From positions 608,001 to 672,000 of the forward strand of contig CAWGHO010000002.1 of NCBI GenBank assembly GCA_963822445.1: 64,000 nt of DNA, written 5' to 3'. The translations under genes were made by a program, and so were the position numbers. The stretch is from an uncultured Acidobacteriota bacterium. GTDB lineage: Bacteria; Acidobacteriota; Thermoanaerobaculia; Gp7-AA8. This document shows, one piece after another, positions 1 to 10,800 of this stretch (its first letter is position 1; every line of letters starts with the position of its first letter). The notes below the pieces were generated by a model, which saw only the letters and a list, made by a program, of their open reading frames with translations, did not search any database and was not told the origin of the DNA.

Positions 1-375
1 GTGAAGGACCGCGGCGAGCTCCCACACACAAAAGGTCGGCTTGTGCTCGCCCTCGCGCGGGAAGAGCGCGAACCCATCCATCGACGCGTCTTTGTAGAAC
101 ACCGTTTCCCACAGCTCGTTCTCGTTCAGCCAGGTGCAGACCATGAGGAAGTAGAAGTCGGAACCGCAGCGGTGCAGCACGACGAAGCCGCGGCCGCGCG
201 CTTCGAACGGCGTGGTGTCGAGATACGTGCGGGCCAGCCGCGCAATCGCGGTCGGCACCGGCGCGTCCTCAGGATGAACGTCGTACCACTTCAGGGTCAG
301 GTCCGGCGACACGATTGCGTCGCCGGGCGTGACCCGCTTCGGTTTATGAACGTAGGACGGATCGACTCCGATCAT
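1..375 (-). CDS. Hypothetical protein, 3'-truncated by the window edge
   Basis: Manual translation of the minus strand from ATG at 375 gives MIGVDPSYVHKPKRV...GFVVLHRCGSDFYFLMVCTWLNENELWE...CVWELAAVLH, with no stop before base 1. Codon usage is GC3-rich and it lies just downstream of the 397..2661 gene on the same strand. Absent from the ORF track because its stop is outside the window. Confidence 0.75.
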   Translation of the reverse strand, partial: MIGVDPSYVHKPKRVTPGDAIVSPDLTLKWYDVHPEDAPVPTAIARLARTYLDTTPFEARGRGFVVLHRCGSDFYFLMVCTWLNENELWETVFYKDASMDGFALFPREGEHKPTFCVWELAAVLH

Positions 376-396
376 GGCCGTTCATCGTACTGCTCT

Positions 397-2661
397 CTAG
401 AACAGCCACGCGTACCCCACCTTCACGAAAAACGTCCGATCGGCCTCGGTCAGCCCGACGCTGACCGGCGGCTTTCCCTGCTCGAGCTCGAACTCGCCGC
501 CGAGGCGCGTTCCTGAATAGCCGGCGAAGAACACCGTCTGCGGGTTGACCTTGTACGAGAACAGCAGCTGCGGGAAGAGCCGCTTGAACTTCGCCGAAGG
601 ATCGCTGTGCTGGTAGAGAAGCGGATCACGGGTGATGTCGGTGTATTGAAGGATGGCCCGCGCGAACATGCGGATATTGAACTGATAGACCGCTCGCAGC
701 TGTGTCACTTCCGCGCTGAACAGCTTGCCGCCGGGCACGTCGAGGTCTTCGTACGAGTGATCGAGATCGACCTTCGTGCGGACGCCGATGTTCCAGCGCA
801 CGCCGCCGCCGACGCGGAACCGCTCGCCGAGCTGCGTGTTCGCGAAATCGATCTGATCGGCGAACGTTCCGCTGAGGAAGACCAGCAGATCGCCGATCGG
901 ACGCGCTTCCACGTTCCAGTGCAGGAACTGCGTGTCGAAGTCCTTGTCGTTGAACCGCTGATTGCGGCCGCCCACGACGATCTGCGCGAAGGACTGCATC
1001 GGGCCCTGAATCGCCGCCCAGCCCTCCAGCTCGCGCTCGATCAGCTCGCCGCTCTGCTGAGTCATGTCGTCGTAATCGCCGCCCAGCCACCAGCGCGTGT
1101 ACCAGTTCTTCCCCTTCTCGCCGTAACCGGAGTACTCGACGACCGCGTTGCCGTACCTGTAGCCGACCTGCGGAATGAATCCCGAGTCGGCGCGGAACTC
1201 CGAGCCGATGTTCTCGTACGTCGCGCCGTAGAACAGATGTTTGGAGTTGTGCCGGTACTGAACGCGCCCTCCGAGACCGCTCGTGCTCGCGGGCTGCTTC
1301 GGAAACAGGTCGAGGACCACCTGCGGGTACTGGCCGCTCGTCCCCAGCACCTGCGCGGTGATGGTGTCCTTTGCGCTGATGCGGAAGTTGCCGTCGATTC
1401 CGTACACGCGGTTGTTGTAATCGTCGCCGTCGCGCGTGGTCAGCATCGCGCCGATCGACGACGTCTCGCCGACGTTAAAACGGTACCGGAACGCGGACGA
1501 CCGGTTGTTACCGGGAATGAAGATGACGTCCGACTCCTCGGGCCCCGGGATCATCAACTGGGTGATCTCATCCTCGGCCACGAACGCGCCGATGGTCGAT
1601 CTGCCGAGGCGGCCGGTGGTCTTCAGACCGAACTTCGGATCGGCGACCGTGCGCGTGTAGACGGCCTGCAGCGGACCTTCGAAGAAGTCGTAGCCCTCGA
1701 GGAAGAACGGCCGCTTTTCATTGAAGAAGAGCGCGAAGGTCGTGTTGATGTCGAGCTGCACCGCATCGGCTTCGATCTGCGAGAAGTCGGGATTGATCGC
1801 CGCGTTCAAGGTCAGGTTCGGGGTAATGCCCCAGCGCGCGGTGAGGCCGGCGTCGACGTTGGTGCCGCCAGAGGTCAGAGCGCCGACCGGGAACTCTTCG
1901 CGCGCGCTCGTGTGCTGCGCGGTGATGGTCGGGTCGAGCTCGATGTCGCGGCCGGGAGTGATGCCGCGGAAGCCGGTGACGCGCGAGGACTGGCAGAGGT
2001 AACAGTTGCGGTTGCGGTCCTGCCCCTGGAGGCCGAGGCGGTGACGGGCGCTTCGGGGGTAGATGCGGACCATGTCTACGCCCCAGGTCTGCTCCGCGTC
2101 GGTGCGCGGGAAGCGGATCGACGTGAAGGGGATGGCCATCTCCACGATGTACCCCTCGGCGGTGATGCGCCCTGCCGAGTTCCAGATCGCGTCCCACGAC
2201 GAATCCTCGTTGCGGTTCGTGTCGTCCTGGATCAGATCCATCTGCACGCCCAGCGGATTCACGAAGAACTCGAAGGCGCGGCGGTTGTCGTTGAAGGTAT
2301 CGAGGACCACGCCGACGAAGTCGTCGCTGAAGGCGTTGTCGCGATCGGAGAGGTGGGCGCGGATGTCGGCCGGCTTCGGATCGAAGGCCTGGAAGGCGAT
2401 GTAGAGGTTCTTCTGGTCGTAGGTCAGGTAGCCGACGGTGCGGGCCGGCGGGGCGATGTTGTCGCCGGGGCTCGTTTCGGCGTCGAACTCCATCGGCACC
2501 GCCGTTTTCCAGATTGCCTCGTCGAGAACTCCGTCGACTTTGATCGCTTCCGTGGTCGACTCGACGCGGTATTGCTTGGCTTTGATGGGGACCTTGGTTT
2601 CCTGGGCGAGAGCGGGGAACGAGACCACCAGGAGCGCGGCTGCCAACGTCGAAACCTTCAC
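397..2661 (-). CDS. Secreted/outer-membrane protein with N-terminal CBM9-like (DOMON-like) domain and DUF5916-type beta-barrel region
   Basis: Signal peptide; IKVDGVLDEAIW and YIVEMAIPF CBM9-like motifs; NPDFSQIEAD...FFNEKRPFFLEG motif; C-terminal YAWLF; GGAGG RBS before the GTG start. Confidence 0.8.
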   Translation of the reverse strand: MKVSTLAAALLVVSFPALAQETKVPIKAKQYRVESTTEAIKVDGVLDEAIWKTAVPMEFDAETSPGDNIAPPARTVGYLTYDQKNLYIAFQAFDPKPADIRAHLSDRDNAFSDDFVGVVLDTFNDNRRAFEFFVNPLGVQMDLIQDDTNRNEDSSWDAIWNSAGRITAEGYIVEMAIPFTSIRFPRTDAEQTWGVDMVRIYPRSARHRLGLQGQDRNRNCYLCQSSRVTGFRGITPGRDIELDPTITAQHTSAREEFPVGALTSGGTNVDAGLTARWGITPNLTLNAAINPDFSQIEADAVQLDINTTFALFFNEKRPFFLEGYDFFEGPLQAVYTRTVADPKFGLKTTGRLGRSTIGAFVAEDEITQLMIPGPEESDVIFIPGNNRSSAFRYRFNVGETSSIGAMLTTRDGDDYNNRVYGIDGNFRISAKDTITAQVLGTSGQYPQVVLDLFPKQPASTSGLGGRVQYRHNSKHLFYGATYENIGSEFRADSGFIPQVGYRYGNAVVEYSGYGEKGKNWYTRWWLGGDYDDMTQQSGELIERELEGWAAIQGPMQSFAQIVVGGRNQRFNDKDFDTQFLHWNVEARPIGDLLVFLSGTFADQIDFANTQLGERFRVGGGVRWNIGVRTKVDLDHSYEDLDVPGGKLFSAEVTQLRAVYQFNIRMFARAILQYTDITRDPLLYQHSDPSAKFKRLFPQLLFSYKVNPQTVFFAGYSGTRLGGEFELEQGKPPVSVGLTEADRTFFVKVGYAWLF

Positions 2662-2694
2662 ATGACCTCCCGAGATGCTATTTTCTTAGCAGTG

Positions 2695-2719
2695 TACGAA
2701 GCTCGACGTAGATAGTTTC
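2695..2719 (-). promoter_or_regulatory. Putative ECF-sigma (SigW-like) promoter
   Basis: Minus strand reads GAAAC-N16-CGTA about 35 nt upstream of the GTG at 2661, matching the SigW-type consensus TGAAAC-N16-CGTA. Confidence 0.45.
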
Positions 2720-2767
2720 TCGCCCTGCTGAAAAGTGTTTGACGGGGGTCTGGAAGGGAAGTTTGCT

Positions 2768-2801
2768 GACGTAGAGCAGACAGGAGTGTCTGCTCTACGT
2801 C
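2768..2801. repeat. REP-like palindrome, GTAG family (copy 1)
   Basis: GACGTAGAGCAGACA-GGAG-TGTCTGCTCTACGTC is a perfect 15-bp stem; a partial second copy is at 50747..50771. Confidence 0.75.
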
Positions 2802-2842
2802 CGACGGCAGATGGCGGCGGGGTGTGAGACCATCCGCCCCCT

Positions 2843-4183
2843 ATGCCTTTTTCTTCATTCGGACTTCATCCAGATCTACTTCGCGGCGTCAAAGAGCTCG
2901 GGTTCACCCGGCCGACGCCGATTCAGAACGACGCCATTCCGCCGGCGCTGCAGGGCAAGGACCTGCTCGCGGCCGCCGCGACGGGCAGCGGCAAGACCGC
3001 GGCGTTTCTTCTTCCGATTCTCAACCGGCTCATGGGCAAGAAGCGGGGCACGACCCGCGCGCTCATCCTGACGCCGACCCGCGAGCTCGCCGCGCAGATC
3101 GACGAGCACCTCCGCGATCTCGCCGTGCACACGCCGATCTCCGGTGCCGCGATCTACGGCGGCGTGGGGATGGGACCGCAGGAGCATGCCTTCCGCAGCG
3201 GCGTGGACGTGCTCGTCGCGACACCGGGCCGTCTGCTCGATCACTTCACCCGGCCGTACGCGCGGCTCGATGGGCTGGAAGTGCTCGTGCTCGACGAGGC
3301 CGACCGCATGCTGGACATGGGCTTTCTGCCCGACATCCGGCGCGTCCTCAAGCAACTGCCCACCAAACGGCAGACGCTCTTCTTCTCCGCGACCATGCCC
3401 GGCCCGATCGTGCAGCTCTCGCAGGAGATGCTCAAGAGCCCGGTGATGATCTCGATCGAGCGCAAGGCCGCGCCGGCGGTCGGCATCACCCAGTCGGTCT
3501 TCCCCGTGCCGCAGGAGTTGAAGATGTCGCTCCTGGAGACGCTGATCCAGCGTGGCGAAATCCAGAACGCGATCGTCTTCACCCGCACGAAGCATCGCGC
3601 GAACCGGCTCTTCGAACAGCTGGAGAAGAAGCGGATCAAGGTCGCGCGCATTCACGGCAATCGCAGCCAGGTGCAACGCACGGAGGCGCTGGCCGGCTTC
3701 AAGGCTGGGAAGTATCAGATTCTCGTCGCCACCGACATCGCCGCGCGGGGCATCGACGTCGAGGCGCTGTCGCACGTGGTCAATTTCGACGTGCCGAATG
3801 TGCCCGAGGACTACATCCATCGGGTTGGACGAACGGCGCGTGCGGAGCTGACCGGCGATGCGATCACGTTCGTCGCGCAGGATGAGGAGCCGGATCTTCG
3901 GGCGATCGAGAAGGCCATCGGCAAACGCCTGCCGCGAGTGACCGTGCCCGACTTCGATTACGCGCGCCGGCCGACGGAGAAGCTGGAGATCCCGATTCAG
4001 GAGCGCATCGCCGCGATTCGCGCGCGCAAATCGGAAGAGCGTGCACGGGCGAAAGCGAAAGCGGAGCGACGCGCGAATGCGCCGCCGGCGGCGCCGGCGA
4101 GGAAGGCGGCACCGGCAGGCCCTCGGAGAGATGCGCGGCCGGGCGGTTCGCCGGCCCGGAGTCGGGGCAGACGGAGGCCGTAG
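2843..4183 (+). CDS. rhlE: DEAD-box ATP-dependent RNA helicase (RhlE-like)
   Basis: Q motif (GFTRPTPIQ), ATGSGKT, PTRELA, DEAD, SAT and HRVGRTAR motifs; basic C-terminal tail. Confidence 0.9.
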   Translation: MPFSSFGLHPDLLRGVKELGFTRPTPIQNDAIPPALQGKDLLAAAATGSGKTAAFLLPILNRLMGKKRGTTRALILTPTRELAAQIDEHLRDLAVHTPISGAAIYGGVGMGPQEHAFRSGVDVLVATPGRLLDHFTRPYARLDGLEVLVLDEADRMLDMGFLPDIRRVLKQLPTKRQTLFFSATMPGPIVQLSQEMLKSPVMISIERKAAPAVGITQSVFPVPQELKMSLLETLIQRGEIQNAIVFTRTKHRANRLFEQLEKKRIKVARIHGNRSQVQRTEALAGFKAGKYQILVATDIAARGIDVEALSHVVNFDVPNVPEDYIHRVGRTARAELTGDAITFVAQDEEPDLRAIEKAIGKRLPRVTVPDFDYARRPTEKLEIPIQERIAAIRARKSEERARAKAKAERRANAPPAAPARKAAPAGPRRDARPGGSPARSRGRRRP

Positions 4184-4188
4184 GGATA

Positions 4189-4250
4189 AGTCGTTAGTCG
4201 TTAGTAGACCCCTTCATCTACTAACGACTAATCACTAACCACTAACGACT
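4189..4250. repeat. Inverted heptamer tandem-repeat hairpin (AGTCGTT)n / (ACTAACG)n
   Basis: agtcgttagtcgttagtaga-ccccttca-tctactaacgactaatcactaaccactaacgact lies right after the helicase stop codon. Confidence 0.8.
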
Positions 4251-4254
4251 CCCC

Positions 4255-4284
4255 TGAGGGACTTTCCCCTTCGTTTACGCGATC
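4255..4284 (+). promoter_or_regulatory. Putative ECF promoter TGAGGGACTTT-N6-CGTTTRCGCGATC (copy 1)
   Basis: 23 of 24 motif positions match the copy at 60430..60459 with the same 6-nt spacer; it ends 6 nt before the ATG at 4291, which has no RBS. Confidence 0.65.
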
Positions 4285-4290
4285 CCTTGC

Positions 4291-5289
4291 ATGACTAAAC
4301 GTGTGGCTTCCGGTCTTCTGCTCCTGCTGTCTCTGTCCGTCTCCGCATTCGCCATCTCTCCCGCCGACGTCGCCACGGCCGACATCCGCAAGCTCGTCGA
4401 CGTCAAATCGATCCGGGGAGCAAAGGGCTCGAAGCGCGTCGCCGTTCCCGGTTATCGGGTCATCTTCACCACCCGGACGAAGGTCGTCGCCAATGCCGAG
4501 GACTGGCTGGGTGGGGTGGGCGGCGGGAAGAGCTCCGGAGCGAAAGCCACGATGGAAGTCGTCCTCGGCAATGTCGACTTCGAGAACCTCCAGGCCATTG
4601 CCGACGCGGCCTACGCCGATTTCATCGATGAGCTGAAAGCGGGCGGAGTGGACGTCGTGCCCCTGGAGACCATCGTCGCGTCGCCCTCGTTTCAGAAGAT
4701 GAAGATGACCGGCAGCACCGCGGCCAAGCCGTACACGAAGAAGTCCCGCGATGCGAAGACCAGCTACGTCGTGGCCTCGCCGTCCGCAATTCCGCTCTGG
4801 TTCACGAGCTTCGACGGCGACATCAGCGATCAGGGCATGGGTCAGACCAACATCCGCGCCCTGCTCTCGATGGCCAGGGAGCTCGACGCGCTGATGCTCT
4901 TCCCGATCATGCACATCGACTTCGCGACGGTCGGCGGCAGCGGCGGCAAGTTCGCCCGCCGCGCCTCGGTGACGGCGAAGGCGGCCATCTACGCCAATCC
5001 CGCCTACACCTTGTTCTACATCGCCAACGAGAAAGGCGGCGCGTTCGCGCGCATGACCGACGGCATCGGCGTGGAAGGTGATCCCGGCGAGTTCGTCACC
5101 GCCGATCAGGCTTCCAACGCGCCGTTCATCGAAGGGATGCAGAAGATCGGCATCGACTTCGGACCGGTGAAGAGCAAGAAGAACATGGTCCTGCAGACGA
5201 ACCCCGAGAACTTCCAGAGTCTTGCTCTCGAGGCCCTGAGCGGCACGAACGAAGCGTTCCGGCGGGGACTGCAGGAAGCGATGAAGTAG
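4291..5289 (+). CDS. Secreted hypothetical protein
   Basis: 332-aa ORF with a signal peptide (…SVSAFA) and strong GC3 bias; no recognisable motif. Confidence 0.85.
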   Translation: MTKRVASGLLLLLSLSVSAFAISPADVATADIRKLVDVKSIRGAKGSKRVAVPGYRVIFTTRTKVVANAEDWLGGVGGGKSSGAKATMEVVLGNVDFENLQAIADAAYADFIDELKAGGVDVVPLETIVASPSFQKMKMTGSTAAKPYTKKSRDAKTSYVVASPSAIPLWFTSFDGDISDQGMGQTNIRALLSMARELDALMLFPIMHIDFATVGGSGGKFARRASVTAKAAIYANPAYTLFYIANEKGGAFARMTDGIGVEGDPGEFVTADQASNAPFIEGMQKIGIDFGPVKSKKNMVLQTNPENFQSLALEALSGTNEAFRRGLQEAMK

Positions 5290-5292
5290 CGC

Positions 5293-7701
5293 TCAGGCCG
5301 TGGCGCGGGTGGCGAGGCGCACGACGTCATCGACCAGGTGGAACGGGTCGATGGGCTTGGTCAGGTAGAGGTCGAAGCCGCTCTTCTCGCCGGGCCGGGC
5401 CGGAAACGCGGACAGGGCGATGATCTTCAGCTGCGGGCCGTACGCCCGGGCCCGCAGCGTACGGGTGAACGTGTAGCCGTCCATTTCCGGCATGGCGATG
5501 TCGGTGATGACGATGTCGGGCTGGCTGTGGTCGAGCGATTCGAACGCGGCCGCAGCCGACTCGACCGGCAGCACGTTCGCTCCCGCGGCGCGCAGGACGG
5601 TCGTGATCATCTTCCGCGACTCCGGCTCGTCGTCGACCAGCACGATCTGCACGCCGCGCAGCCGGTCGCGATGGAGGAAGGTCTCCCCCATCGGATTGCG
5701 GATCGCACCGGTATTCGTGCTGACCGCGCGAACGGGCAGCGTGACGTTGAACGTTGCGCCCTTGCCGCGGCCCTCGCTCTCCGCGCTGATCGTTCCCCCG
5801 TGTGCTTCGACGATGTAGCGCACGATCGACAATCCCAGTCCCAGGCCGCCGTGCACGCGCGTCTGCGGCACCTCGGCCTGGCGGAACGGCTCGAAGATGT
5901 GCGGGAGAAACGCCGGGTCGATCCCCTCGCCGTTGTCGGTGACGGTGATCTGGAGATGCGACGCGGTCCGCCGCGCGGACACCTGCACCAGCCCCTGCTT
6001 CGGCGTGAACTTCACCGCGTTGGCTACCAGATTCCAGATGACCTGCTGGATGCGGGTCGGGTCGACGACCATCATGCCCAGGGCCGTCTCCATCGAGGTC
6101 TTGATGGTGATCTGTTTCGCCTCGGCGCTGGCATTGACCGCGTCGATGGCATTCGTGATCAGGCGCGACACTTCGACGGTCTCCGGTGCGAGCCGCATCT
6201 TCCCGGACACGATGCGCGAGACGTCGAGGATGTCGTCGATGAGACGCGCCTGCAGCTGCGCGCCACCGGCGATCGAGGCGATGGCCTCGCGGAAAATCGG
6301 GTCCTCCGGCGACATCGAGGGAAGCATGCGCGCCCAGCCGAGGATGGCGGTCATGGGGGTGCGGAGCTCGTGGGAGAGCGTCATCAGGAACTCGTCCTTG
6401 GCGCGGTTCGCTTCCTGGGCCACGCGGTACGACGCTTCCGCGCGGCGCCGCTCTTCCTCGGCCTGGAGGCGCGCTTCGCGCTGTTCGAGCAGCGCCTGCC
6501 GCGTCTCCTCGGCCTCCTTGCGATCGGTGATGTCCCGGGTCACCTTCGCGAAGCCGCGCAACTCGCCGTGTGCGTCGTACACCGCGGTGATGACCACGTT
6601 CGCCCAGAAGCGGCTGCCGTCTTTGCGCACGCGCCAGCCTTCGTCCTCGACGCTCCCCTTCTCGCGGGCAATCTCCAGCTCGCGCGCGGGCTTACCCGCG
6701 GCATTGTCCTCTTCGCCGTAGAACGTCGAGAAGTGCCGCCCGATGATCTCCTCGGGCTCGTAGCCCTTGATCCTCTGCGCGCCCTTGTTCCAGGTGGCGA
6801 CGTTGCCGTTCGGATCGAGCATGAAGATCGCGTAATCGCGCACCGATGAGACCAGCAGCTGAAAGATCTCGGTGTTGTGGCGGAGCGCCTCTTCGGCCGC
6901 GCGGCGCTCGGTCATGTCGCGGGTCACTTTTGCGAAGCCGCGCAACTGGCCGTGTGCGTCGTACACGGCGGTAATGAGCACGTTTGCCCAGAAGCGGGTG
7001 CCGTCTTTCCGGATGCGCCAGCCCTCGTCTTCGACGCTTCCCTTCTCGCGGGCGATCTCCAGCTTCTGCTCGGGCTTGCGCGCGGCCTTGTCTTCATCGC
7101 TGTAGAACGCGGAGAAGTGCCGTCCGATGATCTCTTCGGGCTTGTAGCCTTTGATCTTCTGTGCGCCGCTGTTCCAGGTGGCGACGTTGCCGTTCGGGTC
7201 GAGCATGAAGATCGCGTAATCGCGCACCGATGAGACGAGCAGCTGGAAGATCTCCGCGCTGTGGCGAAGGTCTTCTTCCGCCTCGCGGGGTCGGGTCATG
7301 TCGCGCGTGACTTTCGCGAACCCGTGAACGCCTCCGTCGCTGTCGCGCAGGACGGTGACGATCGTGTTCGCCCAGAACCGCGTGCCGTCCTTTCGCAGGC
7401 GCCAACCCTCGTCTTCGACGCGGCCTTCGCTGGCTGCGGTGGCGAGCTCGCGAGCCGGTTTGCCGGCCTCGAGATCGTCAGGGCTGAAGAAGACCGCGAA
7501 GTTGCGGCCGACGATCTCGGACTCTTCGTAGCCGAAGATCCGCGCGGCGCCGCGATTCCAGGAACGAATGGTCCCGTCAGGGCCGAGAAGGAAGATCCCG
7601 TAGTCCTGGACGGCATCCACGAGAAGCGCGAGCTCTTCGGAAACGACGCCCGCGCGTCCCTGGTCGGCGTTCGGCAATGTCATGAGTCGTTCGACTCCCA
7701 T
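5293..7701 (-). CDS. Cytoplasmic hybrid sensor histidine kinase (3 PAS-PAC, HisKA, HATPase, REC)
   Basis: Three DY(A/G)IF.L.P.G…RKDG.RFWAN PAS repeats; LSHELRTP H-box; N, G1 and G2 boxes; C-terminal receiver (VDDE…DIAMP…KP). Alternative start at 7683. Confidence 0.92.
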   Translation of the reverse strand: MGVERLMTLPNADQGRAGVVSEELALLVDAVQDYGIFLLGPDGTIRSWNRGAARIFGYEESEIVGRNFAVFFSPDDLEAGKPARELATAASEGRVEDEGWRLRKDGTRFWANTIVTVLRDSDGGVHGFAKVTRDMTRPREAEEDLRHSAEIFQLLVSSVRDYAIFMLDPNGNVATWNSGAQKIKGYKPEEIIGRHFSAFYSDEDKAARKPEQKLEIAREKGSVEDEGWRIRKDGTRFWANVLITAVYDAHGQLRGFAKVTRDMTERRAAEEALRHNTEIFQLLVSSVRDYAIFMLDPNGNVATWNKGAQRIKGYEPEEIIGRHFSTFYGEEDNAAGKPARELEIAREKGSVEDEGWRVRKDGSRFWANVVITAVYDAHGELRGFAKVTRDITDRKEAEETRQALLEQREARLQAEEERRRAEASYRVAQEANRAKDEFLMTLSHELRTPMTAILGWARMLPSMSPEDPIFREAIASIAGGAQLQARLIDDILDVSRIVSGKMRLAPETVEVSRLITNAIDAVNASAEAKQITIKTSMETALGMMVVDPTRIQQVIWNLVANAVKFTPKQGLVQVSARRTASHLQITVTDNGEGIDPAFLPHIFEPFRQAEVPQTRVHGGLGLGLSIVRYIVEAHGGTISAESEGRGKGATFNVTLPVRAVSTNTGAIRNPMGETFLHRDRLRGVQIVLVDDEPESRKMITTVLRAAGANVLPVESAAAAFESLDHSQPDIVITDIAMPEMDGYTFTRTLRARAYGPQLKIIALSAFPARPGEKSGFDLYLTKPIDPFHLVDDVVRLATRATA

Positions 7702-7885
7702 GCGAGGACCATGCTCAACAGGAAGTTGACGCGGTTCAACGCTTTAACCGTCAATCACCTACAACCGCTTTCCCGAAAAAATCACGCCCGGCTCGGTTCC
7801 TTCCCTCCTGCCTTGTGTACGCTACCGCACTGTCCGTCTCTCCCCATCCACAATCTGATTTCCGACCCCGCCGGAGGAGTTGCTG

Positions 7886-10800
7886 ATGCCCCCGAGTCGC
7901 TCGTTTTCTCGTTTTCTTGGCCTGTCTATCGCCTGCGCCGTCCTGTTTCTCGCACCGGCCGCGCACGCAGCGCTCACCATCGAGCCTCTCACCTGGAACG
8001 TCGTCGGTCTGGACAGCAACACCCCTACCGACGGGCCAAACCGCTTTCCCGTCGGAGCACGCGTCTGCAGCAGCGTGAACACGACGAACGTCAGCGTGAG
8101 CTTCGTCTGGGACTCGGCGAACGCGTTCATCAACCTGCGCCCGGGATCGCTCAGCACGATCCTCATCCCGTCGATCAGCGCGGGCGACTGCGCCGACGCC
8201 TACTTCGAAGTGGAGGTCGATAAGAACGCGCTGGCCTTCGACACGGCCCGGCGCTACCACATCACCGCGACCGACTTCTCGGGAACGGTCTCCACTCCGA
8301 CCCCGCGCGAGATCTACGTCGAGCATCTGATCTCCCAGAGCCGCAACTCCATCAGCGACGTGAAGTACGGCACCGACCCGATGAACCTGACTTCGGTCGC
8401 CCCCGGCGGCTCGATGTCGCTGGTCGTCGGCAACACGTACACCATCCAGCTCCTCGGCGGGACAGCCACGCAGGGCTACAACCAGTTCGAAGCGTTCATC
8501 AACTTCCCCAACACGATCTTTCAGGTCCTCGCGGTCGAGACGACGTACTCGGCGAACAATTCGCCCTACGTCACCGGACCAGCGCCCCTGATTCACGATC
8601 AGCTCTACGCCGACGCCTGTCTGTGGGAAAACGATCCGAACAGCCCGAACTACCGTTCCTGCGTCGGCGGCGACTTCAAGTCCGGCGGCAGCACGGTCAT
8701 CACCACCTACACGATCAAGATCATCGGCGGCGGCGGAACGAGCGAAGCGCTGAACACGCTGCTCTACGACTTCTCCGGCAGCAGCTTCCATTACAACGCC
8801 GACTTCGCGACGGGCGCGCGCGTCGCGAACATCATCGACCCGGCGTCAGCCACCATCAGCAAGAGCTTCAGCCCGAATCCGACCGCGGTGAACGGCATCT
8901 CCGTCCTCACCTTCACCCTGACCAACCCGAACCCGGGAACGCTGGGCGGCTACAACTTCGTCGACAACCTTCCGGCGAACCTGCAGGTGGCCGCGACTCC
9001 GGGCGTGACGAGCAGCGGCTGCGGAACGCCGACCATCACCGCGAACGCCGGCGCGAGCTCGATCACCTTCGCGAACGGAACGCTGGCCGCCAACGCGACC
9101 TGCCTGGTGAACGTCAACGTCACGCCGACGGCGACGGGCACGTTCAACAACACGACGAACAACCTCTTCATCGGAACGATCGACACCGGCGACAATGCCG
9201 CGGCCTCGCTGACGGTCAACACCGATACGCCCGGCACCGGTTTGTGCGGCGTGACCCTCGCCAGCTGGACCGTGCCGAACGGCACCACCGCCAATCCGCC
9301 TGACCTCACCGGCGGCGTTCCGACGGTCAAGGCCGCGAACGTGGCCACGGCAACAGCGGCTGCCTTCATCCCGGCGGGAACGTCGATCGTTGCCACCAGC
9401 GGCCACATCGACACGACCTCCTGGCGCACCTGGGGCTACAAGAACGACGGGCAGTACATCGACTTCACGGTCAACACGTCGAACTACACGGCCGTGCAGA
9501 TGAGCTTCTGGGTGGCGAACCCCAGCCCGGCCAACGGCCCGACTTCGCTCACGGTCCAGGTGAACAACGGCGGCGGATTCGGCGCGGCGGTGCTCACCGT
9601 TCCCAATCCCGCGATCGGGTTCACCCAGCACACCATCAATCTGACCGGGCTGACCAACACGACCGGCAACACGATCTTCCGCATTGCCGCGACGGGCGCC
9701 AACGCCGACACGAGCGGCGCCGCGCTGAATTTCGACGACATCACCTTCACCGGCTGCACGAGCGCCGTCGACCCGACGTTCTCCAAGTCGTTCTCGCCGG
9801 ATCCGATCGCGGTGAACGGCACGTCGACCCTGACCTTCACGATCACCAATACGAATGCGGTGGCCCTGAACAACGCCAAGTTCATCGACACGCTGCCGGC
9901 CGGCGTGCAGGTCGCGGCCGTTCCCGCGGCGAGCACGACCTGCACCGGTTCACCCTCCTGGGCACCGACGGCAGGCTCGACGACCCTCAACTTCGGCCAG
10001 ACCACCGGCGCGATCATCCCGGCCAGCGGCTCCTGCACGGTGTCTGTGAACGTGACTGCGACGACCGGCGGTCCCCACTCCAACGTGAGCGGCTTCCTGT
10101 CGACGACCGAGACCGGAACCGTGAACGGCTCCATCGCCAGCGACACGCTGACGGCGGTCCTGCCGCCGGCGATCGACAAGCTGTTCTCGCCGTCGCCGAT
10201 CCTTCCGGGCGGCACGTCGACGCTGACGTTCACGCTCACCAATCCGAATCAGAACGACGCCCTCTCCGGCGTCGCCTTCACCGACACCTTCCCGGTCGCA
10301 CCGGGCGCGATGACCGTCGCCTCCGTTCCGGGCGCGACGACCAGCGGCTGCGGCGCACCGACCTTCTCGCCTGCCGCGGGCGCGGGCTCGGTCAGCTTCT
10401 CCGGCGGCACCCTCGCCCCGGGCGGAACCTGCACGGTGACCGTCAACGTGACTGCCCCCGTCGTGGGCACGTACGCGAACACGAGCGGCAACGTCTCGCA
10501 CGTGATCAACGCCCAGACCGTCAACGGCAACACCGCCAGCGACTCGCTCGACGTCGATCCGCCGAGCCCCTCGATCGCTCTGCTCAAACAGGTGAGCACG
10601 AGCCCTAGCGGACCGTGGACCTCGTTCATCGCGGTTCCCACCGGCGCGTCGGTTCATTTCCGCTTCACCGTGGAGAACACGGGCGATGTGCCGCTGACCA
10701 ACATCAGCATCAGTGACGACACGCTCAACGTCGCAACCTGCAACGCGGCGTTCACGGGGCTGACCCTGCCCGTGGCCGTCCCCGCGAACGACAACCACAT

